Below are positions 1-10,829 of a stretch of DNA of 64,000 bases, piece after piece. Every line of letters begins with the position of its first letter. Position 1 is the stretch's first letter. The translations under genes and the position numbers were made by a program. Origin of the DNA: an uncultured Gammaproteobacteria bacterium. Its GTDB lineage: Bacteria > Pseudomonadota > Gammaproteobacteria > Steroidobacterales > MnTg04. The stretch is taken from NCBI GenBank assembly GCA_964568075.1, contig CAZMOM010000008.1:5430-69429 (forward strand), in the 5' to 3' direction. The notes under the pieces were generated by a model, which was given only the letters and a program-made list of their open reading frames with translations, was not told where the DNA came from and made no database searches.

Positions 1-50
1 AGAACTAAAGGTCAATTTAGCGCTGACCGTTAGCCACTGTTTCTTCGCCA

Positions 51-109
51 GGGGCGCACAGGGGGGTGCACAGCCGCTGATCAGGACTCCTGTCGGCCCC
101 GTTTTTTTT
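51..109 (+). terminator. Possible Rho-independent terminator for a gene ending upstream of the window
   Basis: GGGGCGCACA (51-60) pairs with TGTCGGCCCC (91-100) in 8 of 10 positions and is followed directly by T8 (102-109). The large loop makes it weak. Confidence 0.3.
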
Positions 110-489
110 GACTACGAGACAGAAAGCACGTCTGGCACACGTACATGGTCCAGGGCGGTCCGCTATAGGTACCGAGCGTTTGACACCACTTAACTTGCCA
201 ATACCTTCAAGGAGAGAGTTTATCGACCAAACGCCCTGTTGAGCTGCTCGTGACCTGGAGCGAAAGCTGCCGAGTTTTCGGGATTACTGCGACGATCAGC
301 GAACCCACCACGCCCAGGACGGTATCACGCCCAGCGAAAAATCCGGGAAGATGCTACCGAAGCTTGCAAATCCGGATGATTTGCACTGGCGTTCTCACTG
401 TCGAGGCTTAATCCGGCAGCCCGTCGCTGCGTGAATATTAATTCGCCACAGACACCTCGCCGCAGGTCTTCCCCCTCGTGGCTCCGTCT

Positions 490-1713
490 TTATTTCCCGG
501 TCTTAAACTTGGCGGCCTCATCCGATCCGCCGGTGGCGTCTCCCTCGCTGTATGCGTGTGCACCCGCTCCCGCCAGTTTCCCGCCTTGCACGATCAGATA
601 TTCATCCCTTATCGGTTTACCATCAAACCAGCACTCCAGAATCTCCCTGACACCCGCGGCGTATCGTGCCTGAGCCGAAAGCGACGTTCCGGACGTGTGC
701 GGTGTCATCGCGTGGTGGGGCATACTCCTCCACGGATGGTCCTTGGGCGGTGGCTGCGGGAACCACACGTCGCCAGCATAGCCCGCCAGCTGACCGCTCT
801 CCAGCGCTTTTGCGATGGCGTCCCGATCGCAGATTTTTCCTCGGGCCGTATTGACGATATAGGAACCACGCTTCATCTTGTTGATCAATTTCTCGTCAAA
901 AAGGTGTTCTGTCTCCGGATGAAGCGGGCAGTGAATGCTCAACACGTCGCTAACCTGCGCCAACGATTCCACATCCTCGTGAAAGGTAAGCCCCAGCTCT
1001 TTTTCGACCTCGGCCGATAGCCTGTGGCGATCAGTGTAGTGCAGTTCCACGTCAAACGGCTTCATGCGCTTGAGCACCGCCAATCCAATGCGCCCGGAGG
1101 CGAGGATGCCGATGCTCATTCCTTCGACATCGTACGATCTGGACACTGCGTCGGCTATGTTCCAGCCACCTTTTACTACCCAGCCGTACTGCGGGATGTA
1201 GTCGCGCACAAGCGCCAGGATCATCATGACGGTGTGCTCCGAAACACTGATGCTATTGCAAAAGGTGACCTCGCACACTGTCATATTTCTGTCGATCGCT
1301 GCCTGCAGATCGACATGGTCCGAGCCGATCCCGGCCGTGATCGCCATCTTCAGGTCGGTAGCCTTCGCAATCCGTTCGGCGGTCAGGTACGCGGGCCAAA
1401 ATGGCTGAGAAATCACGATGTCAGCGTCAACCAGTTCCTTCTCGAACACCGAATTCGGGCCGTCCTTGTCGGACATCACGACGAACTTGTGACCGCGATC
1501 TTCAAGAAAACTGCGTAATCCAAGCTCCCCTGTGACACAACCGAGGAGGTCGCCAGGAGAAAAATCGATAGCACTTGGCGAAGGCATCGACTGTCCGTCT
1601 GGATATGCCGTCAGCGTTGGCACGCTATCGCGCGCATATTTCGGTGGGTAGCCTCCTGCAGGATCATCATAAAGTACGCATACAATCTTGCTTTTCTCGT
1701 TAGACCCGCTCAT
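490..1713 (-). CDS. fdh: NAD+-dependent formate dehydrogenase
   Basis: Near full-length resemblance to the Pseudomonas sp. 101-type FDH (KIVCVLYDDP, PFWPAYLT, GIGSDHVDL, GRIGLAVL, C-terminal GGSDEAAKFK). Start moved from 1773 to ATG 1713 (MSGSNEK), which has AGGAGA 7 nt upstream. Confidence 0.93.
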   Translation of the reverse strand: MSGSNEKSKIVCVLYDDPAGGYPPKYARDSVPTLTAYPDGQSMPSPSAIDFSPGDLLGCVTGELGLRSFLEDRGHKFVVMSDKDGPNSVFEKELVDADIVISQPFWPAYLTAERIAKATDLKMAITAGIGSDHVDLQAAIDRNMTVCEVTFCNSISVSEHTVMMILALVRDYIPQYGWVVKGGWNIADAVSRSYDVEGMSIGILASGRIGLAVLKRMKPFDVELHYTDRHRLSAEVEKELGLTFHEDVESLAQVSDVLSIHCPLHPETEHLFDEKLINKMKRGSYIVNTARGKICDRDAIAKALESGQLAGYAGDVWFPQPPPKDHPWRSMPHHAMTPHTSGTSLSAQARYAAGVREILECWFDGKPIRDEYLIVQGGKLAGAGAHAYSEGDATGGSDEAAKFKTGK

Positions 1714-2254
1714 TTTTCGATCTCCTATTGCCATGCCGTAGCCCGGCCATCTAAAGATCCTCCAGGGAGTCATCCGTGGCTGCTCGTAGGAAGCGAGGAC
1801 CCATGGCTATTGCGTCCTGATCTTTAGGGCGGGTTTGGATTTATTGATGTTGCTTGTGACCCAAGTATAAGCTGGATGGTGGGTCTGAGGCGAATTAAAA
1901 TATTAAAAACTATGTCACCGCAATATCCGAGACTTGCCAGCAGAGTCGTGAATGGTGCGTTGACCGAGTCGCGCGTGACCTGGCCATCCTGTTTATCCAT
2001 CTGCTCGTATCGATCGCTCGGCCAGACGATTATCGCCGGGAAAAGTTCCGCCGGTGGTCCATGTCAGCTGCCAGGGGCAGCCTGCAGACTGATTCGCACC
2101 GGGCACAGGCGGCCAGGCCCGAAAAACACGGCCGTGCATTGGTAATTCATCTCGCCTCAGTAGCGATGCCGGATTTGTTGCTATCGGATACGAGTCAGTG
2201 GACAATAAATGATCCTACATACTAACCGGATAATTGATATATAGGATGGCTGAG

Positions 2255-3133
2255 ATGCGAAAACTAACTGTTCTTCTAGTGGTCCTGGCATTGACTGCGT
2301 GCGGTAAGACACCGACAGAAAGTAGTGAGTCGGCGACGAACGGGGCCTCCGACAACCGCCTCGAAGCCGTGTTAGACGCTCAATCCGAGACGATCAAAGC
2401 GCGCTACCAATATAGGCACCCCCAGGGAACAATCGACTTTTTCGGCGTCATGCCTGGCATGACCATTGTGGAGGTGCTTCCTGGTGGCGGTTGGTACACC
2501 AGGATTCTATTGCCGTTTCTCGGCAGGGACGGGCACCTGATCGGCGCTGATTACGCGCTAGACATGTATCCAAAATTTGGCTTTTACGATGATGAAATTC
2601 TGGCGGCAAAGAAGTCCTGGATTAGCGACTGGACGGCCGAGGCGGAGTCCTGGCGCGACGACGACAGTGCTTCTGTCTCGGCGTTTGTATTGGGATCAAT
2701 GCCCGATGAACTTGCCGGCACGGTCGATGCTGTTTTGTTTATCCGTGCTCTGCACAATCTGAACCGATTTGAAGATGACGGCGGCTATTTGACAGCAGCG
2801 TTGGATGACGCGTACCGGGTATTGAAGCCCGGAGGCATCGTCGGTGTCGTGCAACATCTTAGCGACAACCACATGCCAGACGAGTGGGCGGACGGCTCGA
2901 ACGGCTATCTGAAAGAGCGGCTCGTCATCGCGCGAATGGAAGCTGCGGGCTTCGAGTTTTGGTCCGGAAGTGGCATTAATGCAAATGACAGGGACCAGCC
3001 CGGTGAAGAGGACTTCGTCTGGCGGTTACCGCCGACTCTCGCCGGCAGTGAGGACGACTCCGAGCTGCGAGTCGCAATGCAGGCTATCGGCGAGTCTAAC
3101 CGAATGACGATGCTATTTCGAAAACCTGAGTGA
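2255..3133 (+). CDS. Class I SAM-dependent methyltransferase, probable lipoprotein
   Basis: Signal peptide with lipobox (LALTACG), then a methyltransferase fold (VEVLPGGGWYT, LKPGGIVGVV). Start could be 2234, 2246 or 2255. ATG 2255 has AGGA about 8 nt upstream. Confidence 0.7.
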   Translation: MRKLTVLLVVLALTACGKTPTESSESATNGASDNRLEAVLDAQSETIKARYQYRHPQGTIDFFGVMPGMTIVEVLPGGGWYTRILLPFLGRDGHLIGADYALDMYPKFGFYDDEILAAKKSWISDWTAEAESWRDDDSASVSAFVLGSMPDELAGTVDAVLFIRALHNLNRFEDDGGYLTAALDDAYRVLKPGGIVGVVQHLSDNHMPDEWADGSNGYLKERLVIARMEAAGFEFWSGSGINANDRDQPGEEDFVWRLPPTLAGSEDDSELRVAMQAIGESNRMTMLFRKPE

Positions 3134-3289
3134 ACGACGTCGCAGGTGCTGGGCGTTAGCAAGTTTTGCAGTCAAAAAACCTAGGTGGGTTTGGTGATTC
3201 AATGCTACGACCGCATGGCTGACGGTCTATTTTTTGCAGTTTCCGTCGGTTATTTGGTCGTACCATGAAAGTTGTTTTCAGCTGACTGC

Positions 3290-5646
3290 TTATTCTCCGA
3301 ATTCAACACGTACCCCTATCCAGCCACCCCGCCCAGCGCCGGGTCCCAGGAAGCGCGGATCGCCAAATGCGGGCCCCAGGACTTCTTCCGGTTCGCCCAG
3401 CAAACCAAAGGTCTCGTATTCGACATCGAATAGATTCTCCACTTTGGCAATTACCACAATGAGGTCGTTGACGTGATACTCCCCACGGAGATTCACCATG
3501 GCGTAACCATCCGTTTCGTCGAGCAAATTCGCCTCATCACCGCGCAGGAACCGGCCGGAGTTGAAGACGATATCCCCACCCAGTGTCAATCGAGGCGAGA
3601 CAGCGACGTCGGCGCCGAACTTCAGTAAATGTTCCGGAATTCCGGGAATGCGATCGCCTTTCTCGACAGCGATTTTTCCGTTGCTATTGGCAAAAGGATG
3701 ATTCGGGCTGGTGGTGGTAAACGGATCGTCAAATTCCGCATTGACGAAGGCATAGTTGGCGAACCAGTCCAGTCCGCCATAATCGCCGCTCAGTCCGACC
3801 TCGACGCCTTTGCGCACGGTATCGCCGACATTAGCGAAAAATCCTTCGTTCGCTGACACACCGCCAGTGGTCTGGAAAATAATGTCATCTTCATTGGTGG
3901 TATGAAACACGCCGGCATTCCAGGTCAGGTTGCCGCCACCCGTGCCGCCTATCTGCTGGATTTGCCCCCGCAGGCCACCCTCAAAACTCCTGGCCACCAC
4001 CTGCTCAAGCGGCGGATCGGCCAGAAAGGCATTGGGGAGGTTGCACGGGGCGGCCGGATCTGAACAGATGAGTTCCACCGGTGTCGGGACGCGTGAAGAC
4101 TCGCTGTAGCTGCCGTATACATTAAGTGACGGCATCGCCTGCCACGTCAGACCTATGGTCGGGTTGAATCGATCGAACCGATGATTTCCATTCAACTCCG
4201 GTTGAACGCCGGACAGGTCATCTATCTTTATCCGGGTAGTATTGAACCGCCCCGCCACGGTGAGCGTAATCTGCTGTGTCAAATAATTGATGTTGGTGAA
4301 AAAGAGCGACCCTGTTCGCGTGCGCGTTGCAACTTCTGTTGCCTCGTCGGGCACGAAGCGACCGCTTCCCGTCGTGCTCCGGTCCGCTTCCAAAACGGCT
4401 ACTTCAACCATCGAACGAAACTCGGCGTCCCCCTGCTGATACGCCGCACCGAAGATGAACCGATTCTCGCGATCAAAGAGATCGCCCAGAAATGTCTGTT
4501 GAATTGAACTGCCAAAGGATTCCTGCTGAAGCGCGCCGATGTTATTGATCGCATCGAAGTCGGCTGCATTCGCGAAGAAATTGCCGTTCTGGTCGAGCAC
4601 GATGTCGAAGTTGTCCACCACCGTGCACTGATCGTCGCCGTCCAGATCTTCGAAATCGTCGACCAGGATCTGTTCGCCTGCGATACTGCACGCATCGAAC
4701 TCCGTTCCGTCACCGTTGAAAGCATCCGTAACGATGTCACGATAAAACACGTTGCCCGACAGCAGCATGGTTTCACTGAACCAGTGCGTGCCATCGATGA
4801 TCACCATCTTCATATCGTTAGCGGTAATATCCGGTAACGTGAAGACGGCTTTACGATTGATGTCCAAAAGCTGTACGGGAGCCGGGCCATTGCCGATCAA
4901 TTCGCCATCACCATAGGTAACACCGATATCGACGGTGCTGCCCTCGCCGCGCCAGCCGGCCGTGCCGAAAAAACTCTTGACCTCGGAAGGCGATTCATCG
5001 CGCCAGCCGTCTTCGTCGAAGTAGTTCATGGTGGCGAAATAGCCAAACTCACCGTTATTCCAGCCGGCTTCCGCCTGGCCGACGCGCCGGCCGAAGGATC
5101 CGCCGTAGATCTCGCCACGGTAACCGGAATGGGTGAAACCATCCTTGGTCTCAATAGCCAACGAACCACCCAAGGTATTCAGGCCGAACAGGGGATTGGC
5201 TCCGCCGATTAGATTGATGCTGGCGATGGCGGATTCCGGTATGAGCTCCCAGTTGATCATATCACCGAACGGTTCCATGATCCGGACGCCGTCCTGGTAA
5301 ACCGCGATTCCCTGAGGTAGCCCCAGCAAGGGGGAAGCTGTGAATCCGCGGTACTGCACATCCGGTTGCAGTGGATTATTCTGCGCCGCACTAATATTCA
5401 CACCGCCGAGATTCCGATTCAAGAATTCGGTCAGATCTAGTGACTGACTCTGGTCCAGATCGTCACTGCTCGCAGTCTGAACGTTGCTGGGTATCACTTT
5501 TTTGGGAACGCCGACGCCATGGGTGGGCGTTATACCGATGACCACAATTTCATCTATCTGTTCTGTGTCCTGCGCAAAAGAACTAGTCGCCAATAATGAA
5601 ATGTACAGCCCCAGAAAAAAAATAAGCGTCCCTTTTCCAAATTCAT
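3290..5646 (-). CDS. TonB-dependent outer-membrane receptor; the only nearby ATG (5646) is one base out of frame at a T8 tract
   Basis: Plug domain (IDEIVVIGITP, NISAAQNNPLQPDVQYRGF, GGANPLFGLNTLGGSL) and a long beta-barrel. The ORF-track N-terminal extension to 6016 has no signal peptide. See the finding at 5610-5650. Confidence 0.85.
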
Positions 5647-6509
5647 TCCTCTTGGGCCAATCTGTCCGTAATCCCCTCGCATAGTCGATTTTTATTTCTT
5701 CGCTTACAGTTTCAGGAGAGGGTCTGGCAAATAATAGGAATAATTCCTGATAAAGGAAGGCAACCTCCAGTAAGCGTAACGCCAGATTGGCGGTCGAACG
5801 CAGTTCCCGAACAATCGTATTTCTAATGCTGTGAATCACACGCACAGGTCCGGCCACCAAGATTGGTATGACGGGGTCGTAACTGGCGGGAAAAGCTGGA
5901 ATCGAGAACTCATGGCGAACAGATCTTTTGACTTTGGAATCGTACGATATCGGATTCTTCATAGCAGGGCTATGCAAAAATTTCGTTGAGATCCATAAAA
6001 GTATGGCGTCTGCCATTTACGAATGCAGCTCCTGGTCCGAATCATCCTGTACCAGGATACAAAATCCAGCCAATGGGTTTAGCCCGGATCTAAATACCAT
6101 AATCGCGGTCCCGAGCCCGACCACCCGATCACCAGAGTCACGGGATAAGCTGAAATCAATTTACGTAAAAAGCGGGCGTGGATCGGTAATTCTGGATCGA
6201 CGAATGACGAATTAACTGCGTACGCTAGCCATTCGACGACAAACACATTACGATTACAGAACAAGAAATCCAAACCGGATGGATTGACATATTTCTTAAT
6301 TCCGGTAGAAATCTGCCCGACAGGAATTGTTGATATACGATGTTTTACAAACACGAAGAGACTTGCGCCGTACTCGGCGGTGGCGAAGGCACGTTGGGCG
6401 ATGAGTATGCCGGTAACCGGATCCGCTCGCCTGCAGCACCGGGCGTAGCATAGGTGGGCGTACGCATTAGCAGAACGAGAGTGCAGCCACATTGAAGACT
6501 GATGGCGCG

Positions 6510-6998
6510 ATGCGAAACGCGGGCGAATGGCTGGCGGTGCTACGAATTGCCACTGGCGCCTGGTTCATCAAGGCCATTTGGACCAAATGGGTTCTGCTCG
6601 GTGGATTTTTGCCCGTGCCGATGGCATCTCAGCGCTGGATCGAGACGATGCCGCGAATCCTGGAGGGGTATGCTGAAATCAATCCACTGGCCTTGTTCAG
6701 CAGCCTTCTCCAGCACAGCATAATACCCAACGTGGAAGTGTTTGCGCATCTGACTGCCATTGGTGAAGGGCTTATTGGGATCGGATTGACTCTTGGCCTG
6801 TTCACCAGAACATCAGCAGTTGGCGGTTTTTTTCTGCTCCTATGTTACGAGATCGGCGCAATGGGTTTGCCGTTTTCGCGACACGGACTTCGGTTGCTGA
6901 TGATTGTTGCCGTCGTGGCGTTTTTCTTTGCTCGCGCCGGCGCTGTCTGGGGATGCGACGCCTGGTTGAGCCGGCGGTCCGCTGCCCGATTGTTGTAA
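6510..6998 (+). CDS. DoxX-family integral membrane protein
   Basis: About 160 aa with four hydrophobic helices and a DoxX-like N-terminus (WLAVLRIATGAWFIKAIWTKW). ATG 6510 is in frame with TTG 6492. Confidence 0.6.
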   Translation: MRNAGEWLAVLRIATGAWFIKAIWTKWVLLGGFLPVPMASQRWIETMPRILEGYAEINPLALFSSLLQHSIIPNVEVFAHLTAIGEGLIGIGLTLGLFTRTSAVGGFFLLLCYEIGAMGLPFSRHGLRLLMIVAVVAFFFARAGAVWGCDAWLSRRSAARLL

Positions 6999-7001
6999 AT
7001 T

Positions 7002-8159
7002 CTATGGAGATGGTCGCGGATTCGGCCCGATCGCGACGCCCCACGGTGTTTCACCGACTTTGATCCTGGTTACTACGTCCATCGATTCGGTATCGACCAC
7101 AGTAACATCGTCCGAAGGTCCATTTGCTGTATACAGGAAACGCTCATCTTCGGTAAGCACAATCCCCCATGCCCTGGGGCCAACCTCGACCGAACCAACG
7201 ACTTCGAAAGTATTCAGGTCAATTGCCGATACCGTTTTTCCACGACCGTTGGCCACGTAGAGCCGCTTGTTGTCCGAGGTGATTACCATGCCCACAGGCT
7301 TTGCCGTAGCATCGAGTTCTATGGTCGCGACAACCTCGTGACTCACGACGTCTATCACCGTGATCGAATGCGCCAATTCGGCTGAGACAAACGCTCGCGA
7401 CCCGTCGGGAGCGAATACTACATCACGCGGCCGCAAGCCAACAGCGATCGTCGCGACGACGGTTCCGCTGTTGGCATCCAGCACGGTAACTTCGTGATCG
7501 GTTTCACTCGTGACATACACCAACCTACCGTCAGGGCTGACCCGAACGCCCTCCGGCTCACGGCCGACGGCAACTGTTTTCATAACTTCGCCACTGGCTA
7601 TATCTACGATAGTCGCCTGATCCGAATCTTCATTGGAAACAAACAAGCGCTGGCCGTCCGCACTGAGATCGAACTGTTCCGGGTCCGATCCGCCCGGTAG
7701 CACCTGCTCCAGATCGGCCGTCAAAACGTTAACAACTGCAATGCCGTCTTTGGTTTTGTCAGTTCCCTGTTTTTCGCAGTCCTCGTCAGACATAGATGGA
7801 GGACATTTCGGCGAGCCCGATAATGCAACAAATACTTTTTCCCCGGCGTGACCTACCCTGATGCCGCGTGGCCGCCGACCGACGTTCAAAGTGGTTATGA
7901 CTTGATTGCTTACTGTCGATATGATCGAAATATCACCGGAATCCTCGTTGCTGACATAAACGAATTCTCCGCCCGCTGGCCACCGCACCTCGGTTGGGGC
8001 CGGCGATTCGCCTTCTTTCCCTTCTTGAGATCCGGCTTCAATATTCGGTGTCTCGTCGCAGCCAGCCAAAATGGCGAGCATTAGAAATAGTCGGCAATAC
8101 GAACCCGTACTCAGACCCAACCCTGCGTTACCCATGTTTTTGACCCCCAGATAAGTCAC
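7002..8159 (-). CDS. YVTN-repeat beta-propeller lipoprotein (PQQ-dependent catabolism-associated beta-propeller type)
   Basis: Lipobox LAILAGC followed by repeated units of about 40 residues (FVSNEDSD..V.VID, YVTSETDHEVTVLD, YVANGRGKTVSAIDL, YTANGPSDDVTVVD). Confidence 0.8.
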   Translation of the reverse strand: MTYLGVKNMGNAGLGLSTGSYCRLFLMLAILAGCDETPNIEAGSQEGKEGESPAPTEVRWPAGGEFVYVSNEDSGDISIISTVSNQVITTLNVGRRPRGIRVGHAGEKVFVALSGSPKCPPSMSDEDCEKQGTDKTKDGIAVVNVLTADLEQVLPGGSDPEQFDLSADGQRLFVSNEDSDQATIVDIASGEVMKTVAVGREPEGVRVSPDGRLVYVTSETDHEVTVLDANSGTVVATIAVGLRPRDVVFAPDGSRAFVSAELAHSITVIDVVSHEVVATIELDATAKPVGMVITSDNKRLYVANGRGKTVSAIDLNTFEVVGSVEVGPRAWGIVLTEDERFLYTANGPSDDVTVVDTESMDVVTRIKVGETPWGVAIGPNPRPSP

Positions 8160-8204
8160 TCTGCAAAAGGCTGTAAAAGCGCATTAGAGTATTTTTCATG
8201 CTGA

Positions 8205-8648
8205 CTATTCGGTTTCCTCGCCGCCTGCGTGCCATTCACCGCCTCCGCTAACACATTGCTTTTTAGCCCGTGCCAACACCTGTTCCGATTTATCGTAAAG
8301 AAATATTTTTACGGGCGCGACCATTCCAGCTCCGACAACCAGTCGATCGCATTTTCCACTATAGGAAGCCGGACAATACGGTACGAATCGCGTCGTGACC
8401 TGGACGTTCGCCACAACCTGTACATCGGTCTTCCATTGGCATACACCAGATTCGAAAGAAGTTCGTTCCAGCGAAATGTTTTCGAAACAAGTTGTCGTGG
8501 TTTCATCTTGCGCGTCGCTTTTTTTATGAATAACGACACAACTACGGCCCGCTTCAACAGCTTCCTGGGCGAATGTTGTTCCCAACATCAAAATCAACAG
8601 AAATATCGATAGAATTCGCACAATCAAACTCCCTGTAGACTGACGCAC
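8205..8648 (-). CDS. Hypothetical secreted cysteine-rich protein
   Basis: Sec-type signal peptide (ILSIFLLILMLGTTFAQEA). No recognisable domain. Lies on the same strand between two supported genes. Confidence 0.45.
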   Translation of the reverse strand: MRQSTGSLIVRILSIFLLILMLGTTFAQEAVEAGRSCVVIHKKSDAQDETTTTCFENISLERTSFESGVCQWKTDVQVVANVQVTTRFVPYCPASYSGKCDRLVVGAGMVAPVKIFLYDKSEQVLARAKKQCVSGGGEWHAGGEETE

Positions 8649-8682
8649 GCCAGTGTATTTGTCCTGAGCGTGAAGCGGTTTT

Positions 8683-9105
8683 TTATGCGGCCCCGAACCT
8701 GTCGATCAACGCAGCGAAGCCGGCTTTGTATACGCCGGAAATTGCGGCTTGCGCATCAGCTTCCGGGGTCTCGTGCGGCTCGAATTCGCTCGACCACGTC
8801 ACGATGGAAACCGAGGTGTCCCCGCTCACTTCAAGAGTGGATTGATAGTTTCGAACCGGCAACGGGCCAGCATCCAGAATAGTGTAGGTGTAACTTCGCG
8901 CCTTATCGTCACTCTCGTCGAGGCGCTCGACAATCTTGCTGCCATCACCTAAGGTCAGGTGGCGGATCGAGCTGTCCCCACTGCTCGCCGCCTCGCTTGC
9001 AGCAATGGCCGGATGCCAGGTATCCAGACGGTCAAAATCACCGATAACTGACCAAATGTCCGTAGCGGACGCGTTAAGTGAGACCGATTCTTTTACTGTC
9101 GTCAT
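8683..9105 (-). CDS. SRPBCC (Bet v1 / polyketide cyclase-like) family protein
   Basis: About 140 aa with the typical SRPBCC N-terminus (VSLNASATDIWSVIGDFDRLDTWHP). No signal peptide. Start taken at MTTVKE. Confidence 0.7.
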   Translation of the reverse strand: MTTVKESVSLNASATDIWSVIGDFDRLDTWHPAIAASEAASSGDSSIRHLTLGDGSKIVERLDESDDKARSYTYTILDAGPLPVRNYQSTLEVSGDTSVSIVTWSSEFEPHETPEADAQAAISGVYKAGFAALIDRFGAA

Positions 9106-9216
9106 TGTCGAGGCTTCCTGCAACGGTACCAACGACGGACAATATCATTTCCCTCAGGCAATTGTTAGGATTCACAACGCTGCGACCATAAGCGACTCGA
9201 TCGGGGAGGCCGGGCG

Positions 9217-10083
9217 ATGAAAATACAGGCGGCGCTAATCTGCTTCATTCTGTTCGTGGGTATCGATGTCTTCGCTGTGGATTCCGAAGAGTTTCGAATT
9301 CTGAATCTGAGCCTTTTGGACGCGGCCAAAAAGGGTGAGTCGAAACTCGTCTTGTCCAAACTGAAAGAAGGCGCGTCCATACACACGCGCGATCGATTCG
9401 GCAACTCAGCCTTGATATATGCGGCGCGCACTGCCCACGTCGATACGGCCAGAATCTTACTGGACGCCGGAGCACAGGTAAATCAAGCTAATGTTGCCGG
9501 AAACACGCCATTGTTCGAGGCGGCCGCTAGTGGAGATGAGGACTTGGTGCGCCTGCTGCTGGATAGCGATGCCAACCCCAACGCCGTCAATATTAAGAAC
9601 GTATCGCCACTTTCTAATGCTATATTTCACAAGCACCCGGCTGTCGGCGCGCTGCTGTTGCAATACGGTGCCAGGGCCGATTTCGTGGATAATACCGGTA
9701 AAAGTGGTGCGGTGTATGCGGCAGCCAATGGTGAAACACGAATACTCCGCCACCTGTTGGACGCTCACAGGGGGTCAGAAATTTCGGTAGATGCGCGCTA
9801 CTCGCATGACCTGACGCTGTTGATGTGGGCCGCGGGTTACGGCCAGACTGATGTCGTCGAAATGCTCACGGCGCGGGGTGCGAAGTTGGATTTAGTCGAT
9901 GACCGCGGCAAATCCGCGTTACTGATGGCAGCCGAAGAAGGTCACTCCAATGTTGTCAGATTCTTGCTCAATAAGGGCAGCAATAGAGTGTTACGCGACA
10001 AGAACGGCCGAACAGCGCACGATCTGGCGCTGTTGGGCGGACACGAAGAAACAACGCGTGTGCTGATGGAATCAGCGAATTGA
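9217..10083 (+). CDS. Secreted ankyrin-repeat protein
   Basis: Signal peptide (ALICFILFVGIDVFA) followed by at least 6 ankyrin repeats (GNSALIYAA, GNTPLFEAA, G.SALLMAAEEGH..VVRFLL). GGGGAGG lies upstream of the ATG. Confidence 0.85.
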   Translation: MKIQAALICFILFVGIDVFAVDSEEFRILNLSLLDAAKKGESKLVLSKLKEGASIHTRDRFGNSALIYAARTAHVDTARILLDAGAQVNQANVAGNTPLFEAAASGDEDLVRLLLDSDANPNAVNIKNVSPLSNAIFHKHPAVGALLLQYGARADFVDNTGKSGAVYAAANGETRILRHLLDAHRGSEISVDARYSHDLTLLMWAAGYGQTDVVEMLTARGAKLDLVDDRGKSALLMAAEEGHSNVVRFLLNKGSNRVLRDKNGRTAHDLALLGGHEETTRVLMESAN

Positions 10084-10091
10084 GACAGTTT

Positions 10092-10685
10092 CTATAGACT
10101 GCTTAGGTGCTGCGCAACATTGATTAATTCCTGATCGGCGAAAGACGCCAGCAATGATCCTTTTGCAGGCGAATTTTGTCGCGACTTGGATTTGAAATCC
10201 AACATTGTCTTTGCAAGATATTCAGGATGTTGGCCCGCCAGCCGAGGTACGCGGCTATCGCCATCGAATTTACCTAGATGACACGCGATGCATTGCCCCG
10301 CTGTGATGACGGTTATTGCGGATCTGGTCACTTGATCATCGCTCGCATATTCGGTATCTGGCCAGACCTGTTCCGAAAAATACTTTGCGATGAGTTGCAT
10401 TTGATCTTTATCAAGTGCAGAAACGACGGGGCCCATTATCGGATTCGCGCGCAGTCCCGATTTGAAATCATTGAGCTGAACGTAGAGATAGTAGAATTCC
10501 TGTCCTGCCAATATCGGGTATTGTTGTTGAGTCGATGCCCCCTGATCACCGTGACAAACTTGACATGACTTCAGTAGGTCCGCGACGGGGGCATATTCAT
10601 CGCCGGTATCGATGTCTGCCAGCGTAATTGTCGCGCCAGCGAATGTCACAAACAAAAAAAAGTTCAGTAATCTTCCAATCATCAT
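10092..10685 (-). CDS. Dihaem c-type cytochrome (cytochrome c4-like), periplasmic
   Basis: Two CxxCH motifs (CQVCHG, CIACHL) and an N-terminal signal peptide. Lies downstream of the PQQ dehydrogenase, beyond a terminator hairpin. Confidence 0.8.
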   Translation of the reverse strand: MMIGRLLNFFLFVTFAGATITLADIDTGDEYAPVADLLKSCQVCHGDQGASTQQQYPILAGQEFYYLYVQLNDFKSGLRANPIMGPVVSALDKDQMQLIAKYFSEQVWPDTEYASDDQVTRSAITVITAGQCIACHLGKFDGDSRVPRLAGQHPEYLAKTMLDFKSKSRQNSPAKGSLLASFADQELINVAQHLSSL

Positions 10686-10774
10686 AAGCAATCTTGCTTT
10701 TAGAGCGATTCAGGTGATTTGACCGACTTTTATGACGTTCAGTTCCGGCGAATTGTCTACAGATCTGGTACCTG

Positions 10775-10804
10775 CAAAAATAGCGGCCGCATGTGCGGCC
10801 GCTA
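10775..10804 (-). terminator. Rho-independent terminator after the second PQQ dehydrogenase
   Basis: On the minus strand, TAGCGGCCGCA-CA-TGCGGCCGCTA (11-bp perfect stem) is followed by TTTTTG. Confidence 0.6.
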
Positions 10805-10829
10805 AAGATTACGATGACTTTTTGCCGAT

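Noticed and set aside
6079-6492. 137-aa minus-strand ORF between the TonB receptor and the DoxX gene.
   Set aside because: It has no recognisable motif, signal or RBS. It could be real or a gene remnant, but I cannot support it as a feature.
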